DNA of 64,000 nt from an uncultured Planctomycetaceae bacterium (GTDB taxonomy: Bacteria > Planctomycetota > Planctomycetia > Isosphaerales > Isosphaeraceae). The position numbers were made by a program, and so were the translations under genes. This document shows, piece after piece, positions 52,455-63,835 of the stretch. The notes beneath the pieces are model-generated. The model was not told where the DNA came from. It searched no databases and saw nothing but the letters and a program-made list of their open reading frames with translations. Positions within the stretch are counted from its first letter, which is position 1; each line of letters opens with the position of its first letter. The DNA lies in assembly GCA_963833985.1 (NCBI GenBank), contig CAWIAD010000001.1:2624001-2688000 (forward strand), given 5' to 3'.

Positions 52455-55300
52455 ATGAGACTTGCCTCACGGATGTGCAGCCTGGTGGTTCTGCCGGCTC
52501 TGCTTTCCCCCTGCCTGTGCCTGCTCACCGCCTGCGCGCAGCAGCCGCGCAGACCGCCGCACAACCCTTCGCGCGGTGGATCGGCCAGGACGGGCACGAC
52601 TACGTGGGGCCCAATAACCGGCTCGAGCCCAGCGAGGTCCAGGACGTGCACATCGCGCTGGGGGGTCTTGATCCCCGGCGCGAGATCACGTTCGTGGACG
52701 TCACCAGCGACCAGAAGAACGAGCAGTGGCAGTACAACGCACCGTCCTTCGCCTGGAAAATGGAGACTCAAGCGGGTCCGGGCGCGCGCACGGCCGATCT
52801 CTTCCTGGAGCCGGGCCCCACCGAGACACCGCACGCTTATCACCTGACGATCCGCTACGACGACGGATCGACGCACCAGATAGAGGTCAGGGGCCGCAAG
52901 GCGAACCGCAACCTGCGCATGCCCGGCGCGGTGCTGGCGGCACGCTGGCTGGGGCAGGAAAAGCTGGACCATGTGGGACCGGGCCCGGCCGCGGGTCCGG
53001 ACGGCCTGGCCGACGCGCACATGGGCCTGGCGGGCCTGGCGGCCCGGCTGCCGGTCAAGGCGATCCGCATCGACGGTCCCGGCGCACTCAAGTGGGAGAC
53101 CGGCGCCAATCCCGATCTCCTTCCCGGCGCCGAGTTCCGGGCCGATCCGAAGAGACCAGGCGCGGGCGACCTCTTTTTCCAGCCCGACCGCGACCTCAGG
53201 GGGCAGAAGCTGCGGGTGCGGGTACTGTATGCGAACGACACATTCGATGCGGCCACCGTGACGGCCGGCCGATGCGATCCCCAGATGCGCATGCCGGAAG
53301 CACCCTTGCCCCGCGTCACCGAGCTCGCCGCGCAGACGCGCTGGGCCGGCCAGGAGGGGACGGACGTGACCGGCCCGGGCAATGTTCACGTGCATCTCTC
53401 GGGATTGAGCCGGACGCCGTCGATCGCGGCCGCCGTGCTCACCGACGCTGTCCACGGCACCTGGATCTATCGCGGCAGCGAGCGCATCACCCCCACGGTT
53501 TCACAGGGCGACGTGGCCGGCCCGCTGGCTATCCGCCCCGGCGCGGGCCGCGGCGCCCTCGACCTGTACTTTCCTCCCTACCGGGACGAGACCGGGTCGA
53601 CGATGACGCTGAGATTCGTCGGAACCGACGGCCGGATGAGCGTGGTGCGGATTCCGGGCGGTTCCTGCGATCCTGGCCGCTGTGCTCCGCCGCCGGAGCC
53701 GACCCGCGTTCAGGCCAGGGCCGGCGATGACCTCAGCGCGCTGGCGAACCAGTATGGTTCGGTGAGCCTGGCCGAGGGCACGTACCGCCTCACGCATCCG
53801 CTGGTGCTGAACCGGCCGGTGACGCTGGCGGCCGAGGGGAAGGCGACGCTGGTCTTCTCCCAGGATCCGGCCGACGCCCCCTGGACGGCGGCCATCAAGA
53901 TTCACCGCGGCCAGACAACCCTGCGCGGGTTCGCCGTGCGGTTCGAGGGGCCCATTCGCTGGGACGAGCAGGTGAGCTACGGGCCGGCGGTGATCGGCAC
54001 GACCGATAGCAAGGACCCGAACCATCCGGAGCTGCGCGTGGGCATCGTGCTCGACCGCCTTGACCTGGAGATCCCCAGTCCCGCGGACACCTCGAAGTGG
54101 ATCGACGCCCTGCGGCTCATGCGGCTGACCAATGCCCGGAGCGGGACGATCACCGGCAACGTTCTCCGGGGCGGTCCCATCGAATTGTTCGACGGGCCCT
54201 GGCGTATCGAGAACAACGACTTCCGCGGTACGCCTCCCGGCACAATCTCGCACGCCGTCTTCGTGGGCCATCACACCTACGACCTGCTCATCAAGGGGAA
54301 CCGGGTCAAGCCCGTCCTTCCCGATGGCAAGACCTGGCGCTTCCTGGTGCTCACCCACGCCGGCTGGGGAGACCGTATCGAGGAGAACACGATCGAGGGC
54401 ATCGGCTCGCTGGAGAACGATCGGATCCCGTCATCGAATGAGCCCGAGATCATCCTCACCGAGGCGTACCACCTGAGCTACGAGGGGAAGCTGGCCGGGC
54501 TCTCGAGTGACGGCCGGCTGATGCGGATTTACAAGCCGCAGGGACAGGAAGTGACCACGGGTGCAGCGGTGTCTCTGCTGTCGGGACCGGCGGCCGGCCA
54601 GTACCGGCGCATTGCGCAGGTCATCGATGCCGAGACGTTCCTCGTCGATGCCCCCATCCCCAAGGGGACCGAGGCCGTGTCAATTGCGCGGGGCTTCGTG
54701 GGTGAACAGTTCCGCAAGAACACCGTCGACATCCGGGGCGGCCGGCAGTCGGCCGGCATGGTCCTGGTGGGCAATCACTTCGGCACCCAGGTGACGGGCA
54801 ACCACTTCCTGGGCGGCGCCAATGGCATCCGGTTCGCGGCCTGTCCCACCGAGACGCCCGTCATCTGGGGCTGGTCGCATGCGCCGTTCCTTCAGGGCGC
54901 GATCGAGGACAACATTTTCGAGGACGCCGCTGGCGGCTCCATACTGGGGGTCGAGCACTCGGCGCAGCACGTGAAATCAAACAAGGGTCGCACGTACATG
55001 ACCATCGCCCTGAACCGCAACACCGTGCGCTGGAGCGATGGGTTCCTGCGGCGGGTGACCGGCTCCGAGGCAAGGTCGCAGCCCCCCGGCCTGATCCTCG
55101 GTTACGTTCCCTGTCACGACCCCGCCGAATTCGTGGTGACAGCCGCCGGCAACCGGCTGGATGCACCCCACGGACTGAAGGCCCCGGAGAGCCTCTGGAT
55201 CCGCGCGGCCCGGTATAACGGCCAGAACCTGCTGGACCGCAAGTACAGCCTCCCAGCCGGAGCCAGCACCGCGGACGCGGGTGGCCATTCGCGACGCTGA
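52455..55300 (+). CDS. Secreted protein with three RWxGQ(D/E) repeat domains and a right-handed beta-helix; frameshift near 52540
   Basis: AGGAGG-ATG and signal peptide in frame 52371; mature part in frame 52400; PbH1-like ITGNVL, IENNDF, IKGNRV, IEENTI, VTGNHF, IEDNIF. Confidence 0.8.
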
Positions 55301-55418
55301 AGAACGCCTTCACGGTTCCAGCCGCGGATGCCGATGCCCGCCGGCCGCGAGTAGCGGCGCTCCCTCCCGTGAACGGCCAGAGGCGGCATCGTCCCGGCAA
55401 GGCCGTGTCAAACCAAGT

Positions 55419-55448
55419 GTCGGGTGGGTCAGCGCAGCGCAACCCACC
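55419..55448 (+). repeat. Solitary REP-like hairpin
   Basis: GTCG-GGTGGGT-CAGCGCAGCGCA-ACCCACC stem-loop in an intergenic region. Confidence 0.6.
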
Positions 55449-55815
55449 GTCTGGCAGAGGTTTGCGTGCGCCGAGCTGTACCCGCTGCACGACTTCCGGG
55501 GCGGTCCCCCCACACGCCATGGTGGAATTGACGTAAGTGCTTCCAGATTCAACCTTTCTCTCATTCATCTCCTCCTCGCGGCCTGGAATCCGGCGGCATT
55601 TCGCCAGAATTAATCAAGTTCGGGATGGTTCGCCGCCGAAGGAAGCAGAGTGAAGAAACGGCACTCGCTCATTGCGAGCGCACCAGGACCAGGCTTCGTT
55701 GCGTAACGCTCCGATGCTGCGTGAGTCGACGTGTGATCAGGAAGATCGCCGTTGACCGATGATGCATCGATCCTTCGCGTCGCGCCGTTCTGACCGCGAG
55801 GAGGGCCATCTGCTC

Positions 55816-57804
55816 ATGCGCACCGCGTGTCTCTACCGAGGCCTCCTCCTCGTTCCGTTCTGCATGTTCGGCTGTTCACAAGGCTGGAACGTGCGGAAGC
55901 CGCCGGCGAATGACGTCAAGACGGTGGCGTCGGTGGGCGACCAGTCCTTGCCGATCCGCTCGGGCACGCCGGACTCCTCGGTACGCGCAGAGGATGCGGA
56001 GCCGATCTTGCCGGCCCCCAGCCGGGGGCGGCTCTCGGGCCGCGTCTATGACGAGGGCGGCAAGCCGGTGCCGGGCGCCAGGGTCCGGCTGGCCGTTGGT
56101 GGAGAGTCGGGCGGCAAGGCTGTCTCGGCCGTCACGGATCGCTCCGGGGCGTTCACCCTGCGCGGGGTGCGGCCGGGATCGTCCTACACGGTCATCGCCG
56201 AGTACGAGGGCGACGGCGGCCTCCAGAGCGGACGGATCGAGGCCGAGGCGCCTGATACCGACGTTCGCATCGGACTGCAAAGCCCGGCCGTGGAGCGCGA
56301 CGGTGCGAGGCGAACGAGCGCCCGGCCCGCGAAGCCCAACGTCGCGCCGATTTCCAGCGTCGAGGAGGCGGACGAGGCCGAGACGCCAGGCCCTCTCTCC
56401 CGCCGGACGAATCGCGAGGACATCGAGCCGCCTGCCGACGAGGCGGAAGCCGCGACCCAGGGCGAGCGTGGCGAACAACTGGCCCCGCGACTGTCCGTCT
56501 CTCAAGGCCCGGCCGGCAAGAACCAGGGATGGACCCAGGGCCGGGGCACGGCCGGTCGATCCGCACCCGGGCAAGGGCAGGGGAGCCAGGCCAGGACCGC
56601 CTCGGAAGAAACCATCGCTCATCCCTTCCCGAAGTCCGAGCAAGGCGGCGAGGACGACGAGGTCAACCCGCTGCCCCCGGCACTCGAGCCGGATCAAGCG
56701 GGAGCGAGCCGCGACCCGGACGACGCGCCGGATCGCTCGATCGCGCTGGCCCGGGCGCAGGGTGGAACAGAGCGTCCGCGCGGAGGAACCGGCACCCGGC
56801 GCGGTACGCCGGCCCCGGATGCCAGGGATGGAAGCGACGACGACACAGCCGCGCCGCAGCCACTGCCACAGGGAGTTCTGGGCGGTGCAGGCGGTGGGCA
56901 ACCCGATGGCTACGCACCGCTGCTGCTGACCGATCCCGACGCCGCACCACGCCCGCCGGCCCGCTCTCCACGAACGCCCGCGCGGAGCCTGGAAAACGAC
57001 CCCAGCGCGAGCCTGCCCCCGCGGCCTGCCCGCCAGGAGCGAACCGCCGCACTGCCTCCCCGACCCGTCGGTGTACCGCCGATCGCGCCCGTGCGACCGA
57101 CATGGGGCGAGCTGATCTTCAAGAAAGATCCCATTCCCCTGGACGAATCGCTGCAAAAGGTCTCGCGCGACCTGGCGGCCAGGACCGACGTCAACGAGCG
57201 AAAGATCGCCCAGCAGAACAGGGCCTTGCAGAAAACCGCCTCCCTGGCGCCGCCCGCGCTGCGGGCCGCGAGTACGAAGCCGTTCTGCCAGTACAACCCC
57301 GAGGAACGCAAGCTGGTCGATTTCCAGCTCCCCGACTCGACCGGCCGGATGGTCGCGTTCCGCGACTTCGATTCTGACCTGGTGCTGCTCGATTTCTGGG
57401 GAACCTGGTGCGGCCCGTGCCGCAAGTCGATCCCGCACCTGATCGAGATCCAGAAGACGCTGGGCGGCAAGAAGGTGCAGGTCGTGGGCATCGCCTGCGA
57501 GCGCAGCCCGGTGAAGAGCCGTGCCGCGCTCGTCGCCAAGGCCGTCAAGGAGATGAACATCAACTATCCGGTGCTCATCACCTCGAGCATGGACGGTTCC
57601 TGCCCCGTCCAGGAATCGTTCCAGGTTTTGTTCTACCCCACGATGATCCTTGTCGACCGCCAGGGAAGGGTCCTCTGGCGCGAGCAGGGAGCCACCGACG
57701 TGACACTCGCGCGTATGGACCGGTTCATCCTCAAGAACCTGAGCCGATCGCAACGGTCCGGCGAAGACGCCCCGGGCGCGCAACTGGCACGTCGGACGAA
57801 CTGA
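55816..57804 (+). CDS. Putative lipoprotein: carboxypeptidase-regulatory-like domain, long disordered linker, TlpA-like thioredoxin
   Basis: Lipobox-like MFGC; GRLSGRVYDEGGKPVPGARV; LLDFWGTWCGPC; YPTMILVD. Confidence 0.85.
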   Translation: MRTACLYRGLLLVPFCMFGCSQGWNVRKPPANDVKTVASVGDQSLPIRSGTPDSSVRAEDAEPILPAPSRGRLSGRVYDEGGKPVPGARVRLAVGGESGGKAVSAVTDRSGAFTLRGVRPGSSYTVIAEYEGDGGLQSGRIEAEAPDTDVRIGLQSPAVERDGARRTSARPAKPNVAPISSVEEADEAETPGPLSRRTNREDIEPPADEAEAATQGERGEQLAPRLSVSQGPAGKNQGWTQGRGTAGRSAPGQGQGSQARTASEETIAHPFPKSEQGGEDDEVNPLPPALEPDQAGASRDPDDAPDRSIALARAQGGTERPRGGTGTRRGTPAPDARDGSDDDTAAPQPLPQGVLGGAGGGQPDGYAPLLLTDPDAAPRPPARSPRTPARSLENDPSASLPPRPARQERTAALPPRPVGVPPIAPVRPTWGELIFKKDPIPLDESLQKVSRDLAARTDVNERKIAQQNRALQKTASLAPPALRAASTKPFCQYNPEERKLVDFQLPDSTGRMVAFRDFDSDLVLLDFWGTWCGPCRKSIPHLIEIQKTLGGKKVQVVGIACERSPVKSRAALVAKAVKEMNINYPVLITSSMDGSCPVQESFQVLFYPTMILVDRQGRVLWREQGATDVTLARMDRFILKNLSRSQRSGEDAPGAQLARRTN

Positions 57805-57901
57805 GCCGGTTGCCGCGGAACCAGCGGGAGCGACGCTCCCAGGCACTTGCGGCGCTCCGTCCGATCGGCCAAGATCTCTGGCGGGCCGGTCTGGCCGGAT
57901 C

Positions 57902-59425
57902 ATGACACTCAATCACCGCACCACCTCCTGGCTGCTCGTCGCGGCGCTCACCGGCGTGCTCACGGCCGTGACCACGCTCCAGGCCCTGGAACGCTACCAC
58001 TCGTTCCGCACGGGCTGGTCCTGGGACCTCGCCTACTACAACCAGTGGTTCTGGTCGCTCACGAAATCGGACGGTCAGATCTCGGTCCGCCCGGTGGCCG
58101 CCTATGCCGAGGAGGGCCCCTCGGTCTGGAAGATGAATTACCTGGCGCCGATCCGTCTGGTGCTGGTTCCGCTTTACCTCATCAATCCCGACCCGCGCAC
58201 GCTGCTGGTGATCCAGAGCGTCGTGTTCTGGTGGATCATCCCCGCGGCCTACACGCTGGTGCGGTCGGAGTCGAGATCGGCGCTGCTGGGGGCCTCGGCG
58301 GCAGCCCTCGTGCCGTTCGTTCCGTTGCTCTGGCCGCTGGTCTGGAATGACTTCCGCGAGCTCCAGCTCGCCTTGCCGTTCGTGCTCTGGGCCGTTCAGG
58401 GAGTGCGCGGCCGCCATGGGTTGCTGGCCGCCACGGGCATTGCCGGAATGCTGGCCTGCCGCCAGGAGTTCGCGGTCATGGTGGCCACCTTCGCGTTCCT
58501 GCCGGCCAGAGACGAGGAGGACCTCACGCGCACCCTGCGATGGCGTCACGCGTTGTTCTCCGTCGGCCTGGCCTGGCTCCTCTTTGGCTTCTTCGCATAC
58601 CTCCGGTTTGTGGTCGGCCCGGGCGCTCCGAACCAGTTCATCGACCAGTTCCTCGGCCCGCGGGCGACGATCCTCCAGACGCTGGAGACCTCCTCGGACC
58701 TGCTCGTCTACGGCCTTGGAGGCTGGGTGCTGCTGGCCGCTCTGGCGCCCCGGGTGGCCATTCTCGCGGTCCCATGGGTCTGGAGCCTGTGCAACGGCCG
58801 CTGGGCCCTGCGCTACCTGGCCACGGAGGAGTGGCACCACGTGCGGTACACGGCCCTGCCCGTCGCCGTCATCCTGGCCGCCGGTCTGGTCGGCTACGCG
58901 CGGCTGGGCTCATGGGCGCTGCCTCGCCGCCGGGGCATCCTGCTCGTCGCCCTGGTGTGGATGGCGGTTGCCGGGTCTGGATCGCTGGGATTGCAAGAGA
59001 TCACTGCGCGCATGGCCCGCATTCCACGACCGATCAGCGCATCAGAGGCAGACGCCGTGTGGTACTGGGTCGGCCAGGTTGGGCCCAATGAAGGCGTGCT
59101 GGCTACCTATGAGGTGACCGCGCCGCTTTCTTCGCGCAAGCGGCTTTATAGCTACGTCCTGGATCAGAACAAGCCGCGCGGGTTTCCCACCCTTGGGCCT
59201 GATATCCAGTGGATCTTTCTTCGCAACCAGACTCTGGATTTCCGGCTTTTTCTCGATCAGGGGTTTGAAGTTGCACACCGAGGAGGCTTCCTGACCGTGC
59301 TGCACCGGGCGTCTCAGACACTACAAGGCCCACGCGAGCCGACGAGCCACAAGGATCCACGTGTGTATGATATGATCATGAATAGACGAGACCACGCAAT
59401 AAGCTTGAGAGGCGTTCGAAGCTAA
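57902..59425 (+). CDS. DUF2079-like polytopic membrane protein
   Basis: SWDLAYYNQ, NYLAPI, LLVIQ, NDFRELQL, ACRQE; many TM segments. Confidence 0.8.
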   Translation: MTLNHRTTSWLLVAALTGVLTAVTTLQALERYHSFRTGWSWDLAYYNQWFWSLTKSDGQISVRPVAAYAEEGPSVWKMNYLAPIRLVLVPLYLINPDPRTLLVIQSVVFWWIIPAAYTLVRSESRSALLGASAAALVPFVPLLWPLVWNDFRELQLALPFVLWAVQGVRGRHGLLAATGIAGMLACRQEFAVMVATFAFLPARDEEDLTRTLRWRHALFSVGLAWLLFGFFAYLRFVVGPGAPNQFIDQFLGPRATILQTLETSSDLLVYGLGGWVLLAALAPRVAILAVPWVWSLCNGRWALRYLATEEWHHVRYTALPVAVILAAGLVGYARLGSWALPRRRGILLVALVWMAVAGSGSLGLQEITARMARIPRPISASEADAVWYWVGQVGPNEGVLATYEVTAPLSSRKRLYSYVLDQNKPRGFPTLGPDIQWIFLRNQTLDFRLFLDQGFEVAHRGGFLTVLHRASQTLQGPREPTSHKDPRVYDMIMNRRDHAISLRGVRS

Positions 59426-61835
59426 ATAGATCCTCGCCTCTTGGAATGTGGGCCAGCCGCCCTCGGCTGGCTCAGGTCGGCCGAGGGCGGCCGTTCCACA
59501 CGTTCCCTCTTACGGGGAGCTATTTAGCTCACCGACCACGCGGGGAGAGAGGCAGGGACGCTGGCTTCTGGCGATCGGATCGGATGCTCAACAGCTGATA
59601 GTTGAGCTTTCCCAGATAGTCCACATTTTCAAGCCGTTCAGGGTCCAGGGCGAGGGATCGCTGGGCGGCTTCGACTGCCCGAACAAGGGCCTCCTCAACC
59701 AGCGAATCATCACCGCTTTCAAAGGCATTTTTCTTGATCTGGTTGTGAGCCTCACTCAAGAGGCGGTAAGAATGAGCGCTGTCGGGATACTCCATGACGA
59801 GACGCTTGGCGATGGTCATGAGCCGTGCGGCGGATGCGCGCGCATCGTCGAGCCGGTGCAGTCTCCGCTACTGTCCCGCCACGTTTGCTGCGTCGTCCTG
59901 GAGAACTCTGAACGCTGCCGGGACCATGGATTTTGCCAGGCCGAGCTTTGAACAACGATCTCGAAGCCCGGCAATCAGCGCCACCGAGCCAGCTTCCGGA
60001 TCCTGATCGAAGGCCGCGGTGGAAGATGAGAAGCTGAAGGGCGAGAGCCATCCGACCGAAAGCACGAGCCACTCGGCGACGAAATGCTCGTAAGGATCAG
60101 AAGAGTTTCTCAGTTCGTGATGAGCCTTCGTCTCGAGATCACGTCGTGCGAACAACATTCTGAGCGTTTCCAGGCCCGGGGCAAACGCGTCCGACGAGCT
60201 TGCCATATCCGATCCAGCGAGATGGCTGAGTATCTGCCTGCTCAATCGTCTCGATCGTTCCTCTTCCCGCCTCTGACCGCTCTCTCCGAAGTGCTGGGCC
60301 AGAACGTGCATCATCTTGTAAAGTTTTGTGAGCAGATCGTCCGCGGAGCCGGTCGGCTCGGTGGCCATGTGGATGGCGGCTGCTTGCTCGAAGCAGTTCA
60401 GCGCATCCTCGAATTGCCCTGCCGCATTGGCCAGGACGCCGGAATAGTGAAGGGAACGGACGAGGCAAGCCTGAACTTCCTGGTTGTCGGGGTTGCTGGC
60501 CAGACTTCGTTTCAGGTCGACAACCGCCTGATTCAAGACATCGCGTGCTTCTTCGGGCTTGCTGGTATGCAGCAGCGCCCAGCCGATCTCCTGCTCGAGG
60601 ATGCCAAGCGTGGACGAAGGGAGGACGCCTTGGCGTTTCAGCTCGTTGGTGGAGCTGCGGAGTTTCAGGAGTGCCGCCCGCCTTTGTTCCGGCGTGCTCT
60701 TCTGCTGGATCGGGATGGATGACCGGAGGAAGGAAAGGATCTGATCGGCGGCGCTTGAGGAGAACTGTTCATAAGCTTCCGCTTGACGACGAGCTTCGAC
60801 GAGCCGCGCTCGTTCGTTTGCAACTCGGTTCAAGAGCAGAAACAGTCCAGCGATCCCCGTGATCAGCATCATTGCCAGCGCGGCCAGCAGGCCCGCGACG
60901 GCGGGACGCCGATTGCAGAGGCGCCAGGCGTGACCCATCGGGGAGACCGGTCGGGCCAGTATCGGACGACCGTCCAGCCAGAGACGCAGATCGCGGGCCA
61001 TCGACCCGGCGTTGGCGTAGCGGCGGCTCGGGTCCTTTTCCAGGCAGGTGAGGCAGATGGTTTCCAGGTCGCGAGCAATCCGGCCGCTCAACCGGCGCGG
61101 GGGAACGGGGTCCTGATGGCGCACCTGGTCGAGCGTCTCCGCGGTCGAGGTTCCTTGAAAGGGCGGACGGCCCGTCAGCAAGTGATACAGCAGCGCTCCC
61201 AGGGCATGGATATCGGCAGCGGCGCCGATCGTGCCAGGAAGGGCGGCGACCTGTTCGGGGGCCATGTACGACGGGGTGCCCTTGGGTCCGTTCGCTCCCG
61301 TCTGCGTGGCACCGGGCTCGCCCTCGAATCGGGCGATGCCAAAGTCGGAAACCTTGGGAGCGACTCTTTCCCAGGGGGCTCCTGGCTCTCCGTCAAGCAG
61401 GACGTTTGATGGTTTCAGATCGAGATGAAAAACTCCGCGTGCGTGAAAGTAAGCGACCGTGCGGGCGATCATCTCGGTGAGCCGGGCGGCATCCCGAGGC
61501 GGCAGCGGCTCCGTCAGTCGATCCTTGAGCGTTCCCCCTGCCACATATTCAATGACGAGCCAGAGCCACTCCTCGCTCTCGTCGACACGATGGATGGCCA
61601 CGACATGGTCGTGCGGCACCCGCGACAGCGCTCGTGCTTCCGCCAGCCAGTGCTCACGCGCGTGAGGATCGACCAGAGAGTTCCTGGGAATCAGCTTCAC
61701 GGCAACGTGGCGATCGAGCGCGGGTTCCCAGGCCAGGTAAACGGCACCCGCGCCACCCCGGCCGAGTTCGCGCTCGATCACCAGACCGGGAAGCGCCAGC
61801 GGTGTGTTCCAGGCCGGCGCGGTGTGAGCCTCTAA

Positions 61836-63835
61836 CCCATGTTTGGGGTGAGATCGCCTTCCGCGCGACTGCTGCCACGCATAATTCCTCTATTTTCCAG
61901 GGGTTGGCGAGCGGCATACCCGTTTTTTTCCGAAAAGTGTAGTGACAATATCGACGCGATTACTTCGGAATTTACCTTGATTTCGCCTTGAAATCGGCGC
62001 GTTCCGTCGTGATACTTCACGACATGTACCTGAGAACCATAAAAGTCCGGTCGTCCAGCGGTGCGCTGAACGAGTACGTCCGCGTCGTCGAAGCCTATCG
62101 CGACAACGGTAAGGTCAAGCAACGCACCGTGGCCGATCTGGGACGCAAGGACCTGCTTGCGGAATTGTTTCCCAAGCTAAAACGCTTGCTCGGTCAAGAT
62201 GTCGAGTCGGAGTCCGCTGGGGACGAGGATCTCGACATCCTGGACGCTTCCACCTGGGGGCCGGTCCTCGCCGTCCGGGCCTTGTTCGACCAACTCGGGC
62301 TCTGGACCATCCTCGACGAATCACTCGGCAAAGCCAAAGGCGTGCCGTTTACTGACCGGGCCTTCGTGCTCATTGCCAATCGCCTGATTCACCCCGCCAG
62401 CGAACACGGCTTGGCGGGGTGGCTGGAGACCGACTTCGTCTGTGATCGCCAAGGCCGCCGTTTTGTTCCTCGCTGGCACCAGCACAAGCGGGTTCGCGTC
62501 GACTTTCGCCAACTGGAGTCCTGGTACCGGACCCTCGATCAACTCGTGGACGCCAAGGAACGGATCGAGGTGGCTCTTTATCACCGCCTTCGCGACCTGT
62601 TCAGTATCAAGCCGGACCTGGTGCTCTATGACATCACGAGCACCTACTTCGAGGGAGCTGGACCGGCCAACTTCGCCAAGCATGGCTACAGTCGGGACGG
62701 CAAGCCGCACAACGTCCAGGTGATCGTCGGAGTGGTGATGGTGGGCGGCTGGCCGATCGCTCATCACGTTTGGGCCGGCAACGAAGTCGACCACCAGACC
62801 GTGCAGAAAGCCATTCGTGATCTGCACCAGCGATTTGGTTTCAGCCGCCTCGTTTTTGTCGGCGATCGAGGCATGATCACCAATGACAATCTGGAAGCGA
62901 TCACTGGCGACAAGCATGGCTATCTTGTGGGCGTGAAGAGAAGGCGGAACGCAAAGTTGACCAAGTGGCTGGCTGCCCTCGACGATGCCAAGTGGATTTC
63001 TTGCCCGGTAGGGATCACCGCCCGGGAAAAGGCCAATCCACCGCGCACTCGGGCGCAAGAGGTGCCGTCAGGAGTTGAAGGTTTGCGGATAATCATCGTC
63101 GATTCCGACGAGCGCCGCGAATACGAGCAAGCCATGCGTCAGAAGGCCATGGAGCGGACACATCAATCGCTCGAGAAGTTGCAGGGGCGTGTGGCGGCAG
63201 GGAAGTTGAAACAGCCCGAGAAGATTGGCGCCGCAGCCGAGCGCCTCCTGCAACGAAACCATGGCTATCGTTACTATTCGTGGGACCTCGACAAGGGGAT
63301 TTTCCGCTACTTTGAGAACACGAAGGGTCTGACCAATGAGCAGGGAATCGAAGGCAAGTATGTGATCGCCACGAGTGAAGCAGCGCTCAGCGTGCTTGAG
63401 GTCGTGGCGATCTACAAGGACCTGAGCGATGTCGAGCGCGGGTTTCGCCAGCTCAAGGACGTGCTGGCCATGCGGCCGATTTATCATCAGATTGAGGAAC
63501 GAGTAAAAGCACATATTTTCGTAGCTGCACTGGCATTACTGGTCCAGCGGCTATTGCACCGCCGACTTGAGCACGCTGGGATAGATTTCTCTCCAGAGAG
63601 GGCGATGCAAGCTCTCTCCACGCTCCGGGTGGTGACCCTCCGTCTCGACGATCAGCCCGAACGGCAAGGAGTCAGTGGAGGCTGCCCCGATGCGCGGCGG
63701 GTCCTGAAGGCGCTGGGCTTAACCGAGCTCAGGCCGCCAGCACCACCGGAAGACGAAAAAACCGTGATGTAGTGACAATCTGAAAAATCGCCCCTTGCGC
63801 CGCAAGGACTTAGGGCGACCCACCCCAAACATGGG
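61836..63835 (+). mobile_element. IS1634-family insertion sequence, 2000 bp
   Basis: Perfect 15-bp terminal inverted repeats CCCATGTTTGGGGTG; CTAA duplicated at 61832-61835 and 63836-63839. Confidence 0.93.
62024..63772 (+). CDS. IS1634-family DDE transposase
   Basis: LYDITSTYFEG, GYSRD, VGDRGM, VERGFRQLK, MRPIYH...RVKAHIF. Confidence 0.95.
   Translation: MYLRTIKVRSSSGALNEYVRVVEAYRDNGKVKQRTVADLGRKDLLAELFPKLKRLLGQDVESESAGDEDLDILDASTWGPVLAVRALFDQLGLWTILDESLGKAKGVPFTDRAFVLIANRLIHPASEHGLAGWLETDFVCDRQGRRFVPRWHQHKRVRVDFRQLESWYRTLDQLVDAKERIEVALYHRLRDLFSIKPDLVLYDITSTYFEGAGPANFAKHGYSRDGKPHNVQVIVGVVMVGGWPIAHHVWAGNEVDHQTVQKAIRDLHQRFGFSRLVFVGDRGMITNDNLEAITGDKHGYLVGVKRRRNAKLTKWLAALDDAKWISCPVGITAREKANPPRTRAQEVPSGVEGLRIIIVDSDERREYEQAMRQKAMERTHQSLEKLQGRVAAGKLKQPEKIGAAAERLLQRNHGYRYYSWDLDKGIFRYFENTKGLTNEQGIEGKYVIATSEAALSVLEVVAIYKDLSDVERGFRQLKDVLAMRPIYHQIEERVKAHIFVAALALLVQRLLHRRLEHAGIDFSPERAMQALSTLRVVTLRLDDQPERQGVSGGCPDARRVLKALGLTELRPPAPPEDEKTVM

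Noticed and set aside
59868..59870. Pyrrolysine or recoded TAG
   Set aside because: No pyl genes, TAG is used as a normal stop elsewhere in the window, and the gene is already IS-disrupted.
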